From contig DUSO01000165.1 in assembly GCA_012842565.1 (NCBI GenBank), forward strand, positions 1 to 61,692: 61,692 bases of DNA. The letters run 5' to 3'. Made by a program: the position numbers and the translations under genes. The DNA is from Bacillota bacterium. GTDB taxonomy: Bacteria; Bacillota; SHA-98; Ch115. The notes under the pieces are model-generated. The model did no database searches, had not been told where the DNA came from, and was given only the letters and a program-made list of their open reading frames with translations. Below, in pieces: positions 1-9,109 of the stretch (the first letter of the stretch is position 1; every line of letters starts with the position of its first letter).

Positions 1-304
1 CGATTATCGAGATAGCAAGGCAAATTCTTGTGGGTCTCGTGACACTACGCTTTGGCCTGCCAATACCGATGCATAGCTCATGGTAGTGGGCGAGAAGGTA
101 GGTTGGGAGATCTGGGCAAGTAAAACGCACAAGATCCATTCTTCCGGAGCCAGGAGGCTGGGGGAAAGGGGGCCCTATCTGCATGATTTGGGTTGGATAG
201 TGTTGCCATTGTCTATTCCAACAGCGCCCTACCATACAGCGCCCTACCATATGCTGGCAGGCCAAAATGCGTTTGCGGAATTCCTGACGCGCAGTCCAGA
301 CCCA

Positions 305-333
305 TTGACATTTCCAGCTGGGCAAGGTATGAT
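305..333 (+). promoter_or_regulatory. Candidate sigma-A promoter for tRNA-Arg
   Basis: TTGACA (305-310), 17-nt spacer, TATGAT (328-333). It ends 12 nt before the tRNA 5' end. Confidence 0.5.
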
Positions 334-345
334 AATGGTGAACGT

Positions 346-423
346 GCGCCCGTAGCTCAGTTGGATTAGAGCACCAGACTACGGATCTGGTTGTCGGGGG
401 TTCGAGTCCCTCCGGGCGTACCA
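346..423 (+). tRNA. tRNA-Arg (anticodon ACG), CCA encoded
   Basis: Cloverleaf read by eye. Acceptor GCGCCCG/CGGGCGT, D arm GCTC..GAGC, anticodon stem CCAGA/TCTGG with loop CTACGGA (ACG), T arm GGGGG-TTCGAGT-CCCTC, discriminator A plus CCA. Confidence 0.93.
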
Positions 424-435
424 GTATTTTCAAGG

Positions 436-461
436 GCTCCGACATTCGGAGCTTTTATTTT
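436..461 (+). terminator. Rho-independent terminator after tRNA-Arg
   Basis: Stem GCTCCG/CGGAGC with loop ACATT, followed by TTTTATTTT. Confidence 0.6.
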
Positions 462-469
462 CGGGCTCG

Positions 470-939
470 GATGGTGTGAATTTGGTGAAAATAGAATAAA
501 AGCCCTCGGGATGGTCGAGGCAAATGGTGAGCCGACACACCTCACTGTTACCGGCCTTCTTCTCGCAGGCAAGGAGGAATCTATCCGAAGGCACATGCCT
601 ACCAGCGAAGTTGCATTCCAGGTGCTAAGGGAACTAGAAGTGGAAGTCAACGAATTCTTTCGCTGGCCGCTAGTGCGCCTGCTCGAGCAAGTTCTGACAT
701 ACTTCAAAGCCCGCAATAGCCAGAAGGAAATAATGATGGGTCTCTTCCGTGTCGGCATCCCAGATTACCCTGAGCGCGCTTTTCGCGAAGGACTCATCAA
801 TGCTCTTGTGCACCGTGATTACACCCGCCAGGGAGCGATTCATGTTCAGTGGTATGACGATCGGATCGAAATTTCCAATCCGGGCGGCTTTCCTCCGGGC
901 CCTTACAAACGGAGCCCAGAAGCCGTGAATTGGAGATGA
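470..939 (+). pseudogene. Fragment of an AlbA_2/HATPase_c_4-type (RecG-like) putative regulator. Only the central part is left.
   Basis: The frame contains ...YPERAFREGLINALVHRDYTRQGAIHVQWYDDRIEISNPGGFPPG..., the HATPase_c_4 signature. The N-terminal AlbA_2 domain and the C-terminal part are missing. The frame runs straight out of the tRNA/terminator with no credible start. Confidence 0.55.
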
Positions 940-1160
940 AAAAGTTCAAGGTTATAGTGGGAAAGCACCCGGATGGCTATGTAGCCTAATCCGGTTGGGC
1001 TTAAAGGCATCGTTGTCGGCGAGGGCGATACCTATGAGGAAGCTCTGGCCGATGTGAGGTCTGCAATTCGATTCATATCGAAACCTTCGGCACAGAGGTG
1101 CTTGAATCCGACCCTCCGGTCCTTGAAGTTTCTGTGACGGAAGCCGGGGTAGCCATTTGA
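936..1160 (+). pseudogene. hicB: HicB-family antitoxin, disrupted by two frameshifts
   Basis: Readable only by joining three frames: MKKFKVIVGKHPDGYVA* / PVGLKGIVVGEGDTYEEALADVRSAIRF / HIETFGTEVLESDPPVLEVSVTEAGVAI*. The ATG overlaps the preceding TGA (ATGA). Confidence 0.6.
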
Positions 1161-1264
1161 TGGCAAAATTCCCGGTAGACGCACCTAAAGTCAGGGTTTT
1201 GAAGGCATTTGGAGCCCTTGGGTTTCGCATCGTGGGAGAACGGGAGCTCTTTAGCCCCCTCTAA
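1160..1264 (+). pseudogene. hicA: HicA-family toxin, truncated to 34 codons
   Basis: MAKFPVDAPKVRVLKAFGALGFRIVGERELFSPL* matches the N-terminal HicA pattern (..K..L...GF......) and then stops. The ATG overlaps the hicB TGA. Confidence 0.5.
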
Positions 1265-1343
1265 TCTATGATTTTCAGACTTACGATCCATGCCTCACCC
1301 CCCAGAGAAGAGTTGTAACATTTGAAACAGATGGGCCGAGGAG

Positions 1344-2270
1344 ATGATGGATTTGAATGCTGTGGTTGTATCGGGCCTACGCAAGGTATACGGGAGCGTA
1401 AAGGCGGTGGATAACCTCGACCTTCGCGTTGAGTCAGGGCAGGTCTTCGGAATGCTGGGACCGAATGGGGCAGGGAAGACCACAACCGTTGAGATCTTGG
1501 TGGGTTTGCGAAGCCGCGACGCTGGAGAGGTTTCCATCATGGGGTTGGATCCCGCCAAACAGGCCAGGGAGGTCAAGTCGAGGATCGGCGTTCAGTTACA
1601 AACTCACGGGCTTTATCCGAGGCTTACGGTAAGGGAGTTGGTGTGCCTCTTTGCCAGTTTCTATAAGAATCCGTTACCGCCAGATGAAGTCATAGAGCGG
1701 GTGGGACTTACAGCCAAAGCGAGGACTATTGTGAAGGCGTTGTCCGGCGGCCAAGTGCAGAGGCTCGCGGTGGCGCTGGCCATGGTGAATGATGCGGAGT
1801 TGGTCTTCCTTGACGAGCCCACTACCGGCCTTGACCCCCAGGCGAGACGGGGCCTTTGGGATGTGATCCGTCACATGAGGGAGCAGGGTAAGACGGTATT
1901 TCTCACGACGCACTACATGGAAGAGGCGGAAAGGCTTTGCGATACAGTAGCTATAGTAGACCATGGTAAGATCATTGCACAGGGTCCTCCGTCAAGCCTG
2001 ATCATAGAACACTTCCAGGAGCAGGCTGTGGAATTCTCGAATTTCATGGCGGCCGACCGTGAGAGACTTGAATTGTTGCCCGGGGTAACCCGAACGCGCT
2101 TCGACGGCGACAGGGCCACACTGTATACGCGCGATATCCCGCGCACCATTGCAGGGCTCATGGAACTTGCAGAGGGCAATGGCGTTACTATAGGCGATGT
2201 AACGGTCCGGCGTTCGACCCTGGAAGATGTCTTCCTGAAGCTCACGGGGAGGAGGATAAGGGAAGAATGA
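1344..2270 (+). CDS. ABC transporter ATP-binding protein (ABC-2/DrrA-like exporter)
   Basis: Walker A GPNGAGKTT, signature LSGGQVQRL, Walker B LVFLDEPTTGLD, H-loop TTHYMEE. RBS GAGGAG. Overlaps the next gene by 4 nt. Confidence 0.9.
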   Translation: MMDLNAVVVSGLRKVYGSVKAVDNLDLRVESGQVFGMLGPNGAGKTTTVEILVGLRSRDAGEVSIMGLDPAKQAREVKSRIGVQLQTHGLYPRLTVRELVCLFASFYKNPLPPDEVIERVGLTAKARTIVKALSGGQVQRLAVALAMVNDAELVFLDEPTTGLDPQARRGLWDVIRHMREQGKTVFLTTHYMEEAERLCDTVAIVDHGKIIAQGPPSSLIIEHFQEQAVEFSNFMAADRERLELLPGVTRTRFDGDRATLYTRDIPRTIAGLMELAEGNGVTIGDVTVRRSTLEDVFLKLTGRRIREE

Positions 2271-3406
2271 TGAACGCATTCCGGGAATTGTTCATGGCAA
2301 GCTTCAAGGATATGGTAAGGGAGAGAATGAACCTTTTCTGGTTTCTTGGCTTTCCGATCCTTTTTATATTTCTATTCGGGACGATCTTCTCCAGCGGCGG
2401 GAACGTCAAATATGATGTGGGCCTTGCCTATGACTCTGAGGGTCCTCTCGTTCACGAGATCTCAGCCGGCCTTGGTGCGGTTCCGGCTTTTACTCTCCAT
2501 ACCGGCACCCTTGACGAAGAGCTTGCCATGCTCAAGAAGGGGAAAAGGAGGCTGGTAGTAGAGGTTCCCTCTATCTCTTTGCCGTCCATTGGGTCTCCGC
2601 AATCCATTCGATCTCTGCAATCTACGGGATTCTTACAGTCTGGAGAAGTGGGTGGGCCTATAAAGATATCGGTATATTACGATCAGAGTCATCAGATAAC
2701 AAGCCAGGTTCTGCTCCCCGTGGCAAGGCAGGTGCTTGATGAGGTGGAACGGCGGATAACGGGAAGGCCCAGGGTATTTGAGGTGGTTGCCGAGCCTGTC
2801 CAGCGGGCCAAGTTAAGCGATATAGACTTCCTCCTCCCCGGTATTCTCGCCATGGCCCTCATGCAGTTGGGGCTCTTTGGTTCACTTCGAGTTGTAAGCC
2901 TGAGGGAGCAGAAGATTCTCAAGAGCCTCGGCGCGACCCCATTGCCCAGAGGGTGGTTAATCGGAGCGGAGGTGGCCATTAGGATACTGATGGCTATGGT
3001 CCAAGCCTGCGCTATAATAGCCATAGGGCAGGCAGTCTTTAATGTCAACATCATAGGAAGCTGGTTTTCAATACTGGGGTCAGTGTTTCTTGGGGCGGTC
3101 ACCTTTGTGAGCATGGGCTACATGCTGGTCTCATTCGCGAGGACAGAGGAGAGTGGCCAGGGGATAATCCAGCTTGTTCAGTTTCCGATGATGTTCCTCT
3201 CCGGCATCTTCTTCTCCGTGGAGATCATGCCTTCCTTTCTGCGGCCTGTGGTGACGGCTATGCCCTTGACATACCTAGGTGACCTTCTACGCCAGGTCAT
3301 GGTCGGTGCGCCCCCGATCTACAGTATCTCCACCGACCTTTTGGTGCTTTGTAGTTGGACTATTGTGACTCTGGTGTTGGCGGCACGGCTTTGGAAGTGG
3401 GAATAA
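2267..3406 (+). CDS. ABC-2 type transporter permease
   Basis: N-terminal TM, large extracytoplasmic loop, then a C-terminal 5-TM ABC-2 membrane domain. Translationally coupled to the ATPase (ATGA). Confidence 0.85.
   Translation: MMNAFRELFMASFKDMVRERMNLFWFLGFPILFIFLFGTIFSSGGNVKYDVGLAYDSEGPLVHEISAGLGAVPAFTLHTGTLDEELAMLKKGKRRLVVEVPSISLPSIGSPQSIRSLQSTGFLQSGEVGGPIKISVYYDQSHQITSQVLLPVARQVLDEVERRITGRPRVFEVVAEPVQRAKLSDIDFLLPGILAMALMQLGLFGSLRVVSLREQKILKSLGATPLPRGWLIGAEVAIRILMAMVQACAIIAIGQAVFNVNIIGSWFSILGSVFLGAVTFVSMGYMLVSFARTEESGQGIIQLVQFPMMFLSGIFFSVEIMPSFLRPVVTAMPLTYLGDLLRQVMVGAPPIYSISTDLLVLCSWTIVTLVLAARLWKWE
2585..2656 (+). repeat. In-frame degenerate 18-nt tandem repeat inside the ABC-2 permease gene
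   Basis: Units tccattgggtctccgcaa / tccattcgatctctgcaa / tctacgggattcttacag / tctggagaagtgggtggg encode SIGSPQ-SIRSLQ-STGFLQ-SGEVGG. Confidence 0.5.
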
Positions 3407-3487
3407 ACTTTACGCCCCTTCCTCTACTCTAGCCCCGGGCTTCGGTCTGCGTGGGGCTCCGGCTTTTCATGAGCATCCCGGCTTCAC

Positions 3488-3515
3488 TTGCTACTTGCGG
3501 TAAAAGCAGTATAAT
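3488..3515 (+). promoter_or_regulatory. Candidate sigma-A promoter for cutA
   Basis: TTGCTA, 16-nt spacer, TATAAT. It lies 50 nt upstream of the cutA ATG. Confidence 0.45.
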
Positions 3516-3565
3516 GTCCTCGGAATCGGGGGCAGGACCCTCAATAAAGAAGGGGCATATATGCT

Positions 3566-3898
3566 ATGCAGAAGGGTGACGTGGTTTTGGTTTACATGAC
3601 GGCCGCATCGCGCGAACAGGCCATGGGGCTAGCGAGGAGCCTTGTGGAGCGAAGGCTCGCGGCTTGCGTAAACATACTGGGAGAAATAGGGTCGTATTAC
3701 TGGTGGAATGGGAAGCTATGCGACGAAAAGGAAGTCGCCTTGATAGCAAAGACGCCGGCTAACCGGCTCGACGAGCTTGTGACTGCCGTAAAGGATATGC
3801 ATGAATATGAGGTTCCGGCAATTATCGCCATTCCAGCCGTAGGCGGCAATCCAGACTTCCTGGAATGGGTTGTAAGGGAGACCCTACCACCCGTTTGA
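3566..3898 (+). CDS. cutA: Divalent-cation tolerance protein CutA
   Basis: 110 aa. Pattern ...LAACVNILGEIGSYYWWNGKLCDEKEVALIAKT...HEYEVPAII is typical of CutA1. Confidence 0.85.
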   Translation: MQKGDVVLVYMTAASREQAMGLARSLVERRLAACVNILGEIGSYYWWNGKLCDEKEVALIAKTPANRLDELVTAVKDMHEYEVPAIIAIPAVGGNPDFLEWVVRETLPPV

Positions 3899-4086
3899 TG
3901 CTTTGATCACCCCCATTGTGGGGCAGGATCTTAGGGTCCCTGGAGGCGTAGCAGACTGGATAGAGTAAAGATAATGCGGCCGGGCCATGGAGGTAGGCCC
4001 GGCCACGAGCTTGCATGCCCGGCATGTGTCACTGTGTGGTCTTGGAGGCATGCGATTGCATATCTTGAGGCATTTTCCCGGGCTTT

Positions 4087-5442
4087 CTATGCCGGCACCT
4101 TGGGCAGCCGCGCAAGGGCTTTTTCGATCAGCTCCTGCGGGTGCTGGTAATCCTCGAGCTTCCCGGCAAAGTAGGCATCGTAGGCTCCGAGGTCAAGGAG
4201 ACCATGGCCGCTCAAATTGAATACGATCGTCTTGCTGGTCCCGGCCTCCTTGCACTTGTCTACCTCATCCAGCACGCATTTGATTGCATGAGCCGATTCG
4301 GGAGCTGGCACGATTCCTTCAGCCCTGGCAAACAGGCATGCCGCCTCAAAGACCCCGAGTTGAGTGAATGCCTGGGCCTCAATGAGGCCATCACGCAGGA
4401 GCTGGCTTGCTATCGGCGCAGCGCCGTGGTATCTCAGGCCTCCTGCATGGATGCCGGCGGGGACAAAATCATGCCCCAGCGTGTACATGGGCAGGAGCGG
4501 CGTAAGGCCTGCCGTGTCGCCGAAGTCATAGTTGAAGACGCCTCTGGTGAGGGTCGGACATGCCGCTGGTTCAGCAGCGATTATCCTGATGTCCTTGCCG
4601 TTTATCTTATCCAGGACAAAGGGGAGGGCGAGCCCGGAGAAGTTGCTTCCCCCACCAAAGCAACCTATCACGATATCGGGGTAATCACCCGCCTTCTTGA
4701 ATTGCTCTTTGGCTTCGAGGCCTATTATGGTTTGATGGAGCATCACGTGGTTTAAGACACTCCCTAACGCATAGTTGGTATCATCATGACTTGCCGCGTC
4801 TTCGACGGCCTCGCTTATGGCTATGCCCAGGCTCCCTAGGGAGTCAGGGGTCTCTGCCAGGACCTTGCGGCCTGCCGCCGTCCTGGGGCTGGGACTCGGT
4901 ATGACCTCAGCCCCATAGATCGCCATTTGGGATTTCCTGTAGGGCTTTTGCTCATAGCTTACTTTTACCATGTATACCGTACAGTCGAGCCCCACAAAAT
5001 TGCAGGCAAGGGCCAGGGCGGTGCCCCACTGTCCTGCGCCAGTCTCTGTTGTGAGGCGCCTTACGCCTGCTTCCTTGTTATAATAGGCCTGCGGAACGGA
5101 CGTGTTCAACTTGTGACTGCCTGCCGGGCTTACACCTTCGTACTTGTAGTAGATGTGGCAGGGGGTGTCCAGCGCTTCTTCTAGCCTGTGGGCCCGGTAT
5201 AGCGGGGAGGGGCGCCATAGGGTCAGGATCTCCAATACCTTCTCTGGTATATCGATCCACCTTTCCCCACTGACCTCCTGCTCTATAAGGGCCATCGGGA
5301 ATATGGCCGACAGGTCCTCGGGTTTTGCCGGCTCAAGGGTCACAGGGTTTAGCGGCGGCCCCGGTTTGTTAGGCATGTCGGCTACAATGTTGTACCACTT
5401 CCTGGGGATCTCTCTTTCTTCTAATGTGATCTTGGTTGCCAT
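4087..5442 (-). CDS. trpB2: TrpB-like PLP-dependent enzyme (tryptophan synthase beta chain 2, TrpB2 type)
   Basis: 451 aa. The long N-terminus [24 protein letters not shown]...P is characteristic of TrpB2. It also has the GSHKLN PLP-lysine motif and [20 protein letters not shown]. Confidence 0.9.
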   Translation of the reverse strand: MATKITLEEREIPRKWYNIVADMPNKPGPPLNPVTLEPAKPEDLSAIFPMALIEQEVSGERWIDIPEKVLEILTLWRPSPLYRAHRLEEALDTPCHIYYKYEGVSPAGSHKLNTSVPQAYYNKEAGVRRLTTETGAGQWGTALALACNFVGLDCTVYMVKVSYEQKPYRKSQMAIYGAEVIPSPSPRTAAGRKVLAETPDSLGSLGIAISEAVEDAASHDDTNYALGSVLNHVMLHQTIIGLEAKEQFKKAGDYPDIVIGCFGGGSNFSGLALPFVLDKINGKDIRIIAAEPAACPTLTRGVFNYDFGDTAGLTPLLPMYTLGHDFVPAGIHAGGLRYHGAAPIASQLLRDGLIEAQAFTQLGVFEAACLFARAEGIVPAPESAHAIKCVLDEVDKCKEAGTSKTIVFNLSGHGLLDLGAYDAYFAGKLEDYQHPQELIEKALARLPKVPA

Positions 5443-5464
5443 CGTCTTTCGTCCTCCCCTTGTT

Positions 5465-5857
5465 TAAGATAAAAAGTCCTCGTCCCAGAAGGGACGAGGA
5501 CTCAATTCCCGCGGTACCACCCTGATTGGCTCGCGCGAGACACCTTTGCTCGCAGAGCCCGCTCATCAGCAGGCACGGGCCAGATGCGGTCTACGCCTTC
5601 CCGGCCGATGCCCTTCTCCTTTTAACGGTGGAGACCTCCGTGAGATCCTACTATCACCGGATTCCTTTCGCTTATACTTTATACAATTCCCTTGGCCTAA
5701 TCTCCCTTAGATTCTCCGGCTTTCGGTCTCAGGCTCATGGACCCATTCAATGCCCGCTCCGCGCCGGGTTTCCACCACCCCCGGCTCTCTATGGCTTGCG
5801 CAGGGCACCTACTCTTTCCAATCCTAGCCTTTGGTCGCTATGGTCGTATCTAGATTA
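5465..5857 (-). promoter_or_regulatory. T-box riboswitch leader, probable Trp (UGG) specifier, with intrinsic terminator
   Basis: Read on the minus strand. AGAGTA and AGAGAG elements; distal loop GGTGGAA closed by CCGGG/CCCGG; GAA-TGG-G in the expected specifier position (TGG = 5745..5743); F-box CCGTTA. The T-box sequence is AATCAGGGTGGTACCGCGGG (core at 5510-5522). Terminator GAGTCCTCGTCCC-TTCT-GGGACGAGGACT plus TTTTTAT (5468-5502). Confidence 0.8.
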
Positions 5858-5863
5858 ATTTGA

Positions 5864-5892
5864 ATTCTAGCATTGCAGTCGAGAGCTGTCAA
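5864..5892 (-). promoter_or_regulatory. Sigma-A promoter driving the T-box/trpB2 transcript
   Basis: On the minus strand: TTGACA (5892..5887), 17-nt spacer, TGc-TAGAAT extended -10 (5869..5864). Confidence 0.6.
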
Positions 5893-5936
5893 CCCGGGGT
5901 TAGCCCCCAGATGTCCGTCCTCAAGCTGGTCGACCC

Positions 5937-6512
5937 TCAACTCGTTGACGCCTCAACAGGATTCCTCATGTACTCCTCATAGTATACTATATCCTCTACA
6001 GGGAGCCTCGGCGGGGGAGGCGGGATCATCTTCGGGTAACCCACCGGCAAGATGCCGATTGGTTTGACGCTATTCGGGAGGCGGAGGATCTCCCTGACTC
6101 GTGCCTCGTCATAGCCGCTTACCCAGCAACTTCCAAGGCCCACGGCTACAGCTGCCAGGAGGAAGTTTTCTATGCACGCGGCCAGGTCCAGTATTGCGAT
6201 ATCCTTCCCGTGATCTCCGTACCGGGCCTCAGATTCCCCGAGATTTGCACAGGCCACAACAACCACTGGCGCCTTCAGTATCCAACTCTGAGGTTTGCCG
6301 GTCTTGGCCATGTATCCCGCGTAGGTGGCCTGGACCAGGCGTTCCTTTTGGGTTTGGGACTTGACGATGACGAATTCCCACGGCTGCAGATTTCCACCTG
6401 TGGGCGCCCAACGGGCAGCTTCGATCAATTGAGTCAAGATCTCGTCAGGTACAGGCTTTGAATCGAAATCCCTCACGCTTCTCCTGGATCTAATCGCCTC
6501 GAATAATTCCAT
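5937..6512 (-). CDS. Nitroreductase family protein
   Basis: MELFEAIRSRRSVRDF...APTGGNLQPWEF is the classic nitroreductase N-terminus. I chose the internal ATG at 6512. The track ORF extends to a TTG at 6686 through a non-conserved Cys-rich stretch, so the start is uncertain. Confidence 0.8.
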   Translation of the reverse strand: MELFEAIRSRRSVRDFDSKPVPDEILTQLIEAARWAPTGGNLQPWEFVIVKSQTQKERLVQATYAGYMAKTGKPQSWILKAPVVVVACANLGESEARYGDHGKDIAILDLAACIENFLLAAVAVGLGSCWVSGYDEARVREILRLPNSVKPIGILPVGYPKMIPPPPPRLPVEDIVYYEEYMRNPVEASTS

Positions 6513-6798
6513 GGTGCGGCCGCAAGCTGCTCCACTGCCTACGCAACGAGAGTAGCTGCTGCAAACCTCCTTATCCTGGAATGAATGGCCTCCTGTTTCC
6601 GGGAGTAAACAGCCTCTGGCGAGGCGGTATCTGCACTGGGCGCTCTCCAACGACTGAGTGCTCTTCAACGCATCGCAGCACCGCAATTGCGCGAATTACG
6701 CCGCAGGTCACCGCGGTAATCAACCTAAACTGGGCACTATCCGGCGCGCCGCGGTACTACCAGGTTCATGGAGGGCCGCGAGGCCCGCCGCGGACCCA

Positions 6799-7419
6799 TC
6801 ACGCCCACCGGCAGAACCTGTTTATAGCCAGGCGGGGGCGGCCTTCAAACTCCATAGCCGCCTTTTCCGGGTTCTTGGGAAATCCCAGGGTCACCAGCCC
6901 TACCGGCAGCAGGTGCTTGCCCAGAGAAAAGAGCCGGGTAATTCTCTCAGCCGAAATCTCCCTGATCCAGGCGCTTGCGATGCCATTCTGGCAGGCGCTT
7001 AGCCTGAGGTTTTGGACTGCCGCCGCAACGTCCTGAATTGCTACATCCCTCCCTGCTTCCCCAAACCGGGAGAGCGCCCGGCGGAGATTGGCCAGGATCA
7101 CCAGGACGACCGGGGCAGATTCAATCCATGTCTGGCGCATCTCATCACTGTCCCGGAAGAATGCATCCAGTGTGCACCCGACGATTTGGCGCTTCTTTTC
7201 GGGGTCTTGCACCACGATGACTTCCCACGGCTGCAGGTTGCCAGATGAATAGGTACGTCTGAATGCCTCGAGTAACGACAGGATCTCTTCGCGGCTGAGC
7301 CCCTTATCCGGGGAATATTCCTGTTCATCGTAGATGAGGCCCTGAAGATGATCAAGGTCGCAGGGGACCGCGCCCCCGCCTGCTGTGCCGGCGGTCTTGT
7401 CCATCGGAAATAGAACCAT
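6799..7419 (-). CDS. Nitroreductase family protein (second paralog)
   Basis: ...LLEAFRRTYSSGNLQPWEVIVVQDPEKK... nitroreductase fold signature. 206 aa. Confidence 0.8.
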   Translation of the reverse strand: MVLFPMDKTAGTAGGGAVPCDLDHLQGLIYDEQEYSPDKGLSREEILSLLEAFRRTYSSGNLQPWEVIVVQDPEKKRQIVGCTLDAFFRDSDEMRQTWIESAPVVLVILANLRRALSRFGEAGRDVAIQDVAAAVQNLRLSACQNGIASAWIREISAERITRLFSLGKHLLPVGLVTLGFPKNPEKAAMEFEGRPRLAINRFCRWA

Positions 7420-7476
7420 CCTTTCTATGACAATTCATACAAGGGGCTTGTATGAAGAGATTCTCTGTGGGAAGGT

Positions 7477-8976
7477 TCATGCCTCCTGAGTTCTCATGTC
7501 ATGGGAAAGCCTGGCGTCAGAACCGGGAGGGCCTTGAGCCTGGCCGGCTACTAGAGACAGCAGGGTTTCCCTCTCATTCAGGGCGGGGTCCTCCATCACG
7601 ATATCTAGGAGATTTTGCAGCACCCGGCCAACTTCGGGCCCCGGTGGAATTCCAAGTACCTGTTTGACATCATCGCCATCTATGGCAAGGTCCCTGACGC
7701 TCAAGATATTGCCTCTGGCCAGGACCTCCTCCACGCGTTGTAAGAAAAAGGCCATGTTGTTGCCCACACCATTCATGGTGCCAGTTGCCTCCCTATCAGC
7801 CTTACGGAGCTTGGCTAGGTCATGGATGAAATCCAGCCCAAGCTTGGCAACTAGTTTCCGGACTGCCCGGTCGGAGGATGTCTTGTCAAATAGAAACATG
7901 TGATATGCCACCAGGGAAGAGACGCGTTCTATTATGGCTGAAGGGTAACCGAGACGTCTCAGCACACCCCTCGCTATCTCTTTGCCCACCGCCTCGTGGC
8001 GATAAAAGCGAATCTCCCCCGTTTCCTCCCTGGAGAATGTCTTGGGCTTGCCGACATCATGTAGTAGCGCCGCAAGGCGAAGGCGCAGGATTGGTTCGAT
8101 CCTCGCCACAGCCTCAATGGTATGATTCCACACCGTGTAAATGTGGTTTGGGCCCTGTCTCATGCCAACAGTCTCCTCAAGCTCCGGGATGATCTCCTTT
8201 AGCAGCCCTGTCTCTTGGAGGAGTTCAAGGCCAATTCTGACGCCACCCGAGACAAGTATCCTATCGAGTTCTGCCCGTATTCTTTCATTAGAGACATTCC
8301 GGACCAGGTGAACATTAGCCTTGATAGCAGACTTGGACTCATCCGCAATGTCAAAATCCAGCTCGGCGGCGAGCCGCACGGCCCTTAGCATCCTTAAGGC
8401 GTCTTCTCTGAACCTCTCTCCAGGATCGCCGACGCATGCAATCCTTCTACGGGCAATGTCCCGTGCCCCGCCATGGGGATCAATTATGCGACCGGTAGCT
8501 GGGTCATATGCGATTGCGTTTATGGCGAAGTCGCGCCGGGCGAGGTCTTCTTCGAGGCTGGCGGAGAATATGACCATATCAGGTCTCCGCCCGTCTGAAT
8601 ACACTCCGTCGCTTCGAAACGTAGTTACCTCGACTACGTTGGCGCTTGTCTTCTGTACTGTATCGCGTACCTCTTGCCTCGCATCGCGAGGTTGCTCCTC
8701 CACAGGCACAATCACGCTGATTGTCCCAAACCTCTTGCCCGTGGGAATGGCGCGCCCTCCCAAGATGGTTTCTACCTGGTCGGGGGTTGCGCTTGTAGCC
8801 ACATCCCAGTCCTTGGGTACCTGGCCTAAGAGCGCGTCCCTGACTGCGCCGCCCACCAGAAACGCCTGATGGCCATGGGCTCTAAGGTCGGAGATGATAT
8901 CCAGGACATATCTGGGCACATCTATTGGTCTTGAACTCGCCGGCATGCAGTCCGATAACCTCACATTCCCTGGCAT
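7477..8976 (-). CDS. cca: CCA-adding tRNA nucleotidyltransferase (PolyA_pol head plus HD domain)
   Basis: FLVGGAVRDALLG..KDWDVAT nucleotidyltransferase motif and HDVGKP HD motif. The start is placed at MPGNV (8976), with 8946 as an alternative. The ATG at 9090 lies inside a promoter-like TTGCCC-16-TATATT element. Confidence 0.85.
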   Translation of the reverse strand: MPGNVRLSDCMPASSRPIDVPRYVLDIISDLRAHGHQAFLVGGAVRDALLGQVPKDWDVATSATPDQVETILGGRAIPTGKRFGTISVIVPVEEQPRDARQEVRDTVQKTSANVVEVTTFRSDGVYSDGRRPDMVIFSASLEEDLARRDFAINAIAYDPATGRIIDPHGGARDIARRRIACVGDPGERFREDALRMLRAVRLAAELDFDIADESKSAIKANVHLVRNVSNERIRAELDRILVSGGVRIGLELLQETGLLKEIIPELEETVGMRQGPNHIYTVWNHTIEAVARIEPILRLRLAALLHDVGKPKTFSREETGEIRFYRHEAVGKEIARGVLRRLGYPSAIIERVSSLVAYHMFLFDKTSSDRAVRKLVAKLGLDFIHDLAKLRKADREATGTMNGVGNNMAFFLQRVEEVLARGNILSVRDLAIDGDDVKQVLGIPPGPEVGRVLQNLLDIVMEDPALNERETLLSLVAGQAQGPPGSDARLSHDMRTQEA

Positions 8977-9081
8977 GGGGCCGATATATCTCCCGATGGT
9001 GGGACACCCGATGCTGGGAGGCCGACCGGAGACTTCTTGCGAGAGCCCATCATTAAAGAAACTAAAGCCCCGCCCCTTTAT

Positions 9082-9109
9082 AATATACATTTGTACCGGA
9101 ACAGGGCAA
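9082..9109 (-). promoter_or_regulatory. Candidate sigma-A promoter for cca
   Basis: On the minus strand: TTGCCC (9109..9104), 16-nt spacer, TATATT (9087..9082). Confidence 0.4.

Noticed and set aside
221-250. 15-bp tandem duplication ACAGCGCCCTACCAT x2 upstream of tRNA-Arg. Other short tandem duplications occur at 21132-21159 and 54206-54232.
   Set aside because: These are real repeats, but with only two copies each they are far too short and few for a CRISPR array or satellite. They are most simply slippage duplications. No CRISPR array was found anywhere in the window.
80-355. 91-aa plus-strand ORF at the window start running into the tRNA-Arg gene
   Set aside because: It overlaps the tRNA promoter and the tRNA itself, and it has no RBS or motifs.
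6513-6798. 286-nt gap between the two nitroreductase genes, with a strong AAGGAGG lacking a properly spaced start codon. I checked it by eye for glycine, fluoride, ZTP and SAM riboswitch cores.
   Set aside because: None of the conserved riboswitch cores is present. The long TTG-initiated N-terminal extension (to 6686) is Cys-rich but unconserved-looking. I left the region unannotated and note only that the nitroreductase start is uncertain.
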